This document shows, one piece after another, positions 57,391-64,000 of a stretch of 64,000 nucleotides of DNA (within the stretch, counting starts at the first letter, position 1; every line of letters starts with the position of its first letter). Source of the DNA: the human T2T-CHM13v2.0 reference genome, Homo sapiens. Under the pieces are notes generated by a model that worked only from the letters and a program-made list of their open reading frames with translations, made no database searches and was not told the DNA's origin. The DNA is taken from the NCBI RefSeq assembly GCF_009914755.1, contig NC_060927.1; one strand, 5' to 3'. The position numbers and the translations under genes were made by a program.

Positions 57391-59123
57391 TAAGTCACAT
57401 TAAATAGGGTATGCAAATAGTACATTCTGCCTAAAAGTCAGCTCCTGTGACAGCAGCTTCAGGGCACAATTTGTAAAATAGCACATTTTTTTTCCATGGA
57501 GATATCTCAAAGACTAGGATATAAACCTTATATATAGTATAGTACCAAAACAAAAGCCTATGGTGAGTAAAAAAGGCAGTATTCTAATTTTGATGCTGCA
57601 ATTAACTAGCCTCATGCTCTTAGCATGCCCCATAATCTCTGAGGCAAGTTTCCCTATCCACAAAATGGGTGTCATCATTCAGGCCTAAAAATGTACAAGT
57701 GAAAGTGCTTTATAAGTAAAATTATATACACATAAAGGAAATGATTAAGTTCCCAGAACTTCTTGCAAATATATTTGGCCAGTAACAAAATGCCCTGGTG
57801 AATGATGGGCTCCATTTTTGAGGTTCAAAATATTACAACACACACAACTATAGGAGTGATAAGTAACTGTAAACTTCTCTCTGTTAGCTAAACGGGATCA
57901 TTTTATCCCTGAGAACTTTTCATCCTTGAAGTTTAAAGACAATCCTGAGAGAAGTTAGCCTAAAGAGCTGTTAAGACTACTGCCAAGTGAGATGAACTGT
58001 GGGGGATCTTCTTTTCAGTCACCAGATAAAAGACAATTATTTCTGGATATTAAAGGGACAGAGAGAAGGAAAGGAAGAAAGATGGAGGGAAGGTAAGAGA
58101 AAATTTTCCACTTATATATGGCCATTTGGTCGTCTGCGGAGTGACTTAATTTTAATCAGCTAGTTTGGGCCAGCTGTGACCTAGCTATGCTATAGACAGG
58201 GGCTAGGCACTGCATAGAACTCAACTGGGCTCCACGTGGCAATGAGAGTCCTTGGCAGGAAATTGTTAGCGCAGTGGAATTCTGCTTAACACCCTAAAAA
58301 TGCTAAGGAGCTGTCTTTTTAGGCCTCTCCAGCAAATAAGTCTTTCCCCTCTGTAGGCTTTTGGGCTCCTGGGTTGAACTTTCACGTGTGATCATCATTG
58401 TTCCTGCAGTCCAGGGAGGGAGACTGAACCGAGAGCAGGAAGAGTCCACTTAGGAAGACTGTTATTCCAGGAAGGCTATAACATGTAGAACTGGTGCGGA
58501 AAAAAAAATCAGTTAACCTAGAGGGTGGCTGTAGCCTTTCAAAACAGGGTCAGTATGGTGTAACCTTCTTTCCTAACTTTTCAATTCACAGTTTTAAACT
58601 CTTGTATGACTTCCTTCCCAAAAAAGGGTAAGTGTTATGGAAAGAAAGGAAAGGGAATTCAAAGTCTTCAAAAACATCCCCATCAATAGTAATCTTTTAG
58701 AACTGAAAAAGGAAGGTTCTACCTGGAAGAGTTTAAATGGAAAGGAAAAAAAAATCTCACTACTATATAGTACTACTATTCACAAAATTGAGTGAGAAAT
58801 TAATTATTGCAGAAAGTTTTTATCTTAAAAACTTCCCCTTTACGTTTAGAAGATCTCAAACATCTCTTGTATTTTCCAATGAGGTTTTAGGATCTCTCCC
58901 CATGGGACCTCACAGGATGCATGGGGCAAGCTGGTGACCGGGAAGAGAGTATGGGCTCTGAAATAATATTACCTGGTTTAAATTCCATCGTCTCCACTTC
59001 CTAGCCCTGCGGCCATGGGGAGAAGCCTCAGCATGTCCATTTGGGATATGAGACTGTTAATGCCTGTCTATTAATTAGAATTTGATGAGATTCCAATTAG
59101 AAAAAATGATGCAAAATCATTGA

Positions 59124-59533
<410 letters not shown>

Positions 59534-61984
59534 TGTTCCTAGGAACTATTTCTAAGAGGCAATCACTAGGAAAGTATTTTGATGTGAGATTTCCATAGCT
59601 AAATATTTGAAGCTTCCCAAATTTCAGGGTGTTTTCAGCACAAAGGGTAGAAGTTTCAAAATAATAATTCATCAGGCTGTAGACCCCTTATAGTTGAAGA
59701 TACTTTTTTTCACATATACAGAGAGAGCTATTCATTCAGTGTTTATTATGTGCCAATAACTGGTTTTAAGTAATTTACATTTATTCTTTCACCTAATTCT
59801 CACATACTGTGAAAAGAAGGTCTCTAGTCCCATTCTAGAGGGGAGAAAATTAAGGCTCAAGCTCCTAAGTATTGTACAACCTCCTTGGAACCTGATACAT
59901 AGTAAATACTCAATAACTGATTGATGAATTAATGAATAAATTGGTCTGTTACATTTGTAAATCATTTTCAACTTACACATCCTTTTCACATATTAAATCT
60001 TGTTTGATCCTTTCTTTAGATGAGCACATCATTCTTTCCTTCTTCTCTTCCAAATTGAAAGGGACCTCATTGTCTTTAGTTAGATAGAACTATGTGCCTT
60101 AAAATAGTCATGGTTTTTGAAGGGAGGAAGAAGTGTTTTCTGGTTCAGTCATCCTGGTGGGTAAAGCCTTCCAAGGGTAGGAGGGAGAGACTGGCAGGAG
60201 CAGGCCCAATTCTAAATAGCCCAAACCTGCTGCTTACTATGCCATGTTCCTTGCTAAGAGTAAAAAGCCAAATGACAAGACAAAAGATGAAAGTCAGTTT
60301 TGATGTCAAAATCTGCTTTGGTGTTCTCTTAATCTTGTCATAGATCATTTATATTAACTTAATATACTTATTTTAATAGTGGATGCATATGACAAATAGA
60401 CTAATCATTCTGAATGCAAACTGTAGAAATTAAACAAATTAAAAGTGTTTAGCTCAAAGGTTCTGTGTTTTTGTTTTTTTTATTTTCACTTCTTCTCCTC
60501 TTCTTCTCCTTCCTCCTCTCCTTCTATGTCTCTTCCTGAACACAGGCAGCCAGAGATTCAGGCCCCCAGATTTTTCTCTGCAGAGTGTACTTTACCTTTT
60601 GGACGGGACTTTAAAGACTTTAAACAGCTTGAGACTTATAGTTTGCCACAGGAGCATGTAGCAAATTCCTGTTTCTACTTTTTGAACCAGGAGCTGGAGT
60701 ATAAGAGCCCCGCGCAGGAAGTCGCAGGTGGTGGGAAAGGGGAAACAAGGTCATTTTCAACCATGTACATTGAGGTTGTATCTTTAAAGTCAATTCTAAA
60801 TTTAATTGAAAGCCGAGGGCAGAGAAGCCAAGATCGGAGCAATGTGGTGATTTATTCTGAAGCCTGTAAGAAGTCATGCAGCTGAATGTGGGATGAGCTG
60901 GGGCTTTAATAAAAATGGCACCGGGGAAGCCAGCGGGAAGAGACACAAGAATGGAACTGGGTTAGATGAAGGATCTCCAGGTCTGAAAGGGAGCGGGGGT
61001 CTGAGAGAGCGGTGTTTGCCCAAACTCCGCTGTTTTTTACCATGATAGATGCACATAAGTAATCCGCATCAAAAGGAAAAACCAAGATCAGACAGAAGCC
61101 ACCAAGACTCTTTAGACAGTGAATTTTGCATGAAATCATTAAGGTTTCCAAATTGCAGAAAGGCTATGGAATGAACGGCAATAAAAACTCATCTAATATT
61201 ATTTCTAGCTGAAATTTAGCTGAAGAAAAATGACATGTTCCTTTATTAAAGTGCTACAGGACTTGACAGCAAAGCTCCCACACATTTCTATGGGTGTTAC
61301 TCTCTACTAGATTCTATTTGACCATTGCTACAGAAAATCCTCAACATATTCTCAGAATCAAATCTTCTCTGTTGACAAATGGTTTTGGAACAATATTTCC
61401 AAGTTAAAAAAAAAAAAAAGGAGCAGCAGCTCCTTAGCAGGTGTTATACAAGAAAGAGAATTGGGCTAGAACTTATACCTCCTAGGTTCTAGGCTTCCTG
61501 ACCCAAGAAAGGGGCTGGCTGTCCTTCCAGTGGTGTGGACTACATGATCTGTCCATGTGACTCCAATGTTTACAGGATCTTTTCTTTAGATCATTTTCAC
61601 ATCGTATTCAATACCATTATTATTAATTCTAATTTTATTACAAACATATGTTCATTGTAGAAAGTTCAGAAAAGGCAAAAAAGAATCAACAAGAATGTGA
61701 ACATCACCTGTAAATCTCACCACCCAGAGATAACTAAAGTTAACATTTTGGTCAATGTCACTCTTATTAAGATAACATTTGAAAGACCAGGAAAGTTTGC
61801 CTCAGAAAAGCAGGCATTGAATCCTATTGAGGAATAATTGCCATATTCAGAATTTGGATATAGCAGTGGTGACTCCTTAAAAACAAATCTTTACAGAAAT
61901 GGTCACTAACTTTGAGTAAGTCTTTCCCTTGTTGCTCTCTCTTCTTTCTATTTGCCTAGTTTACGATATCAGGATCGTGCTGTT

Positions 61985-62445
61985 TCATTATTGCATGTTC
62001 TTACTTATATGTGGGAGCCTAAAAACAATTGAACTCATGGAGAGAGTAGAATGGTGGTTACCACAGGCTGGGAAGGATAGCAGGGAGGCAGGAATACAGC
62101 GGAGATGGTTAGTGGGTACAAAAATTCAGGTAGAAAGAAGGAATAGGGTCAGGCATAGTGGCTTACACCTGTAATGTCAGCATTTTGGGAGCCTAAGGTG
62201 GGAGGATTGCTTGAGGCCAGAAGTTCAAAACCAGCATGGACAACATAGTGAAATTCCATCTCTACAAAAAACTTTAAAAATTAGCTGGGGGTGATGGGCA
62301 CGTCTGTAGTCACAGCTACTCAGGAGGTTGAGGCAGGAGGATCACTTGAGCCCAGGAGTTTGAGGTTTGAGGTTTTGAGATTGTAGTGGGCTATGATCAC
62401 GCCACTGCACTCCAGCCTGGGGGAAAGATCAAGACCCTGTCTCTG

Positions 62446-62479
<34 letters not shown>

Positions 62480-62730
62480 AGATACAAGGAATAAGATCTA
62501 GTATTTGGTAGCACAGTAAAATGATTATAGCTAACAATAATTTATTACATATTTTAAGAAATTGATCATTTATTTTAAAATGAGGAAATGATCAATGCTA
62601 AATGTTATGGATAGCCTAATTACCCTGATTTGATCATTACAAATTGTATACCTGTATCTGAACATTACATGTACTCCATAAATATATGCAACTATTATGT
62701 ATCCATAATTAAATATAAACAATAAGAAAA
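61985..62730 (+). mobile_element. L1MA-like 3' end interrupted by an AluJ (62147-62478)
   Basis: GCATGTTCTTACTTATATGTGGGAGC...AATTACCCTGATTTGATCATTAC with a complete Alu inside. Confidence 0.85.
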
Positions 62731-62731
62731 G

Positions 62732-63050
<319 letters not shown>

Positions 63051-63234
63051 TAATAATAAAAAAGAAATCGAAAAGAAATAAAAGGTTATTTATAGATGCA
63101 ATGATATTATGATGCCTGGGATTTGCTTCAGGATAATCTATCTGGAAGAGAATAAACAGTGGTACAAGTGATACAACATTTGATACATGTTGATAACTGT
63201 TAAAGCTGGGTAATGGGTACAAAAACAAAAACCA

Positions 63235-63546
63235 GGCCAGGTGCAGTGTCTCACGCCTATAATCCCAGCACTTTGGGAGGCCGAAGCAGGGGGATCACCT
63301 GAGGTCAGGAGTTCGAGACCAGCCTGGCCAACATGGTGAAACCCCGTCTCTACTGAAAACACAAAAATTAGCCGGGTGTGGTGGTGTGCACTTTTAATCC
63401 CAGCTACTTCTGGAGGCTGAGGCAGGAGAATCGCTTGAACCTGGGAGGCAGGGGTTGTGAGCTGAGATTGCACCACTACACTCCAACCTGGGTGGCAGAG
63501 TGAGACTCCATCTCAAAAACAGCAACAACAACAACAACGACAAAAA
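63235..63546 (+). mobile_element. Alu (AluS-like) with (CAA)n tail
   Basis: Full Alu body. Confidence 0.95.
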
Positions 63547-64000
63547 GATCTGTGTTGTCTCAGGGGAAACAACATATGTATAAGAATCTGTTTGGATTCT
63601 GTGAATCAGGTGCCTGTGACCACCACCTTTTGATCAGCACCGAGTTTCAAATAACTTCCCAGGGAAATTTTAATATTTATTGGTGTGTGTTTATATTTGT
63701 AAATGTCTGTGTGTATGTGCTTTTTTGTGGTATATGGATAAGGACTGGAAGAAAATAATAGAAACCTAAAAATAACGGATGAATCAGGGTACTGGAATTA
63801 TGAATGAAATCACTTCTAATTTAAAAATGTGTTGTTACAATATTTGTGCAATGAATGAACATCATAAGGAAAAAAATGTGTCAGTGGAGAAAGGTAGACG
63901 AGGAAGAGGAAGTGGCATGAGCCAACTCTTTAGAAACAAGCAGACTTTCAGCTTTATAGGTTCAAAATACTCACAACACAAATGTTTTTGCATATAAGTT

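Noticed and set aside
60445-60946. 146-aa and 108-aa ORFs
   Set aside because: Non-ATG starts, low-complexity segments, and no recognisable homology or exon structure.

Overview
Primate (apparently human) genomic DNA at the SOX2 locus. It is not prokaryotic, so the bacterial-style ORF track is mostly noise. The only credible protein-coding gene is intronless SOX2 (CDS 4937-5890, +, 317 aa, HMG box), inside a CpG island. SOX2 lies in an intron of the same-strand lncRNA SOX2-OT, with a probable small exon at 7761-7868 and a terminal exon at about 32126-34800. Recognisable cis-elements are a consensus CTCF site (2276), the SRR1/N2 enhancer region (about 0.5-0.9 kb), the SRR2 Sox-Oct element (8688-8702) and the Wnt/FGF-responsive N1 enhancer core (about 20.5 kb). 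There are several further CpG-rich or motif-dense non-coding blocks. The first 24 kb has no Alu; beyond it are about 25 Alu/FLAM pieces, L1 3' ends, MIR/L2 remnants and DNA-transposon relics. The least expected observations are a 5' leader that is stop-free in frame with SOX2 for 140 codons, a 150-bp unique segment apparently copied 3.1 kb away into a MIR with a flanking 7-bp direct repeat, DR2, SOX and POU motif clusters inside the SOX2-OT last exon, and a five-tract G-quadruplex motif in the SOX2 3' UTR. I found no evidence of a wholly new gene system. Repeat boundaries and family names were judged by eye and are approximate.
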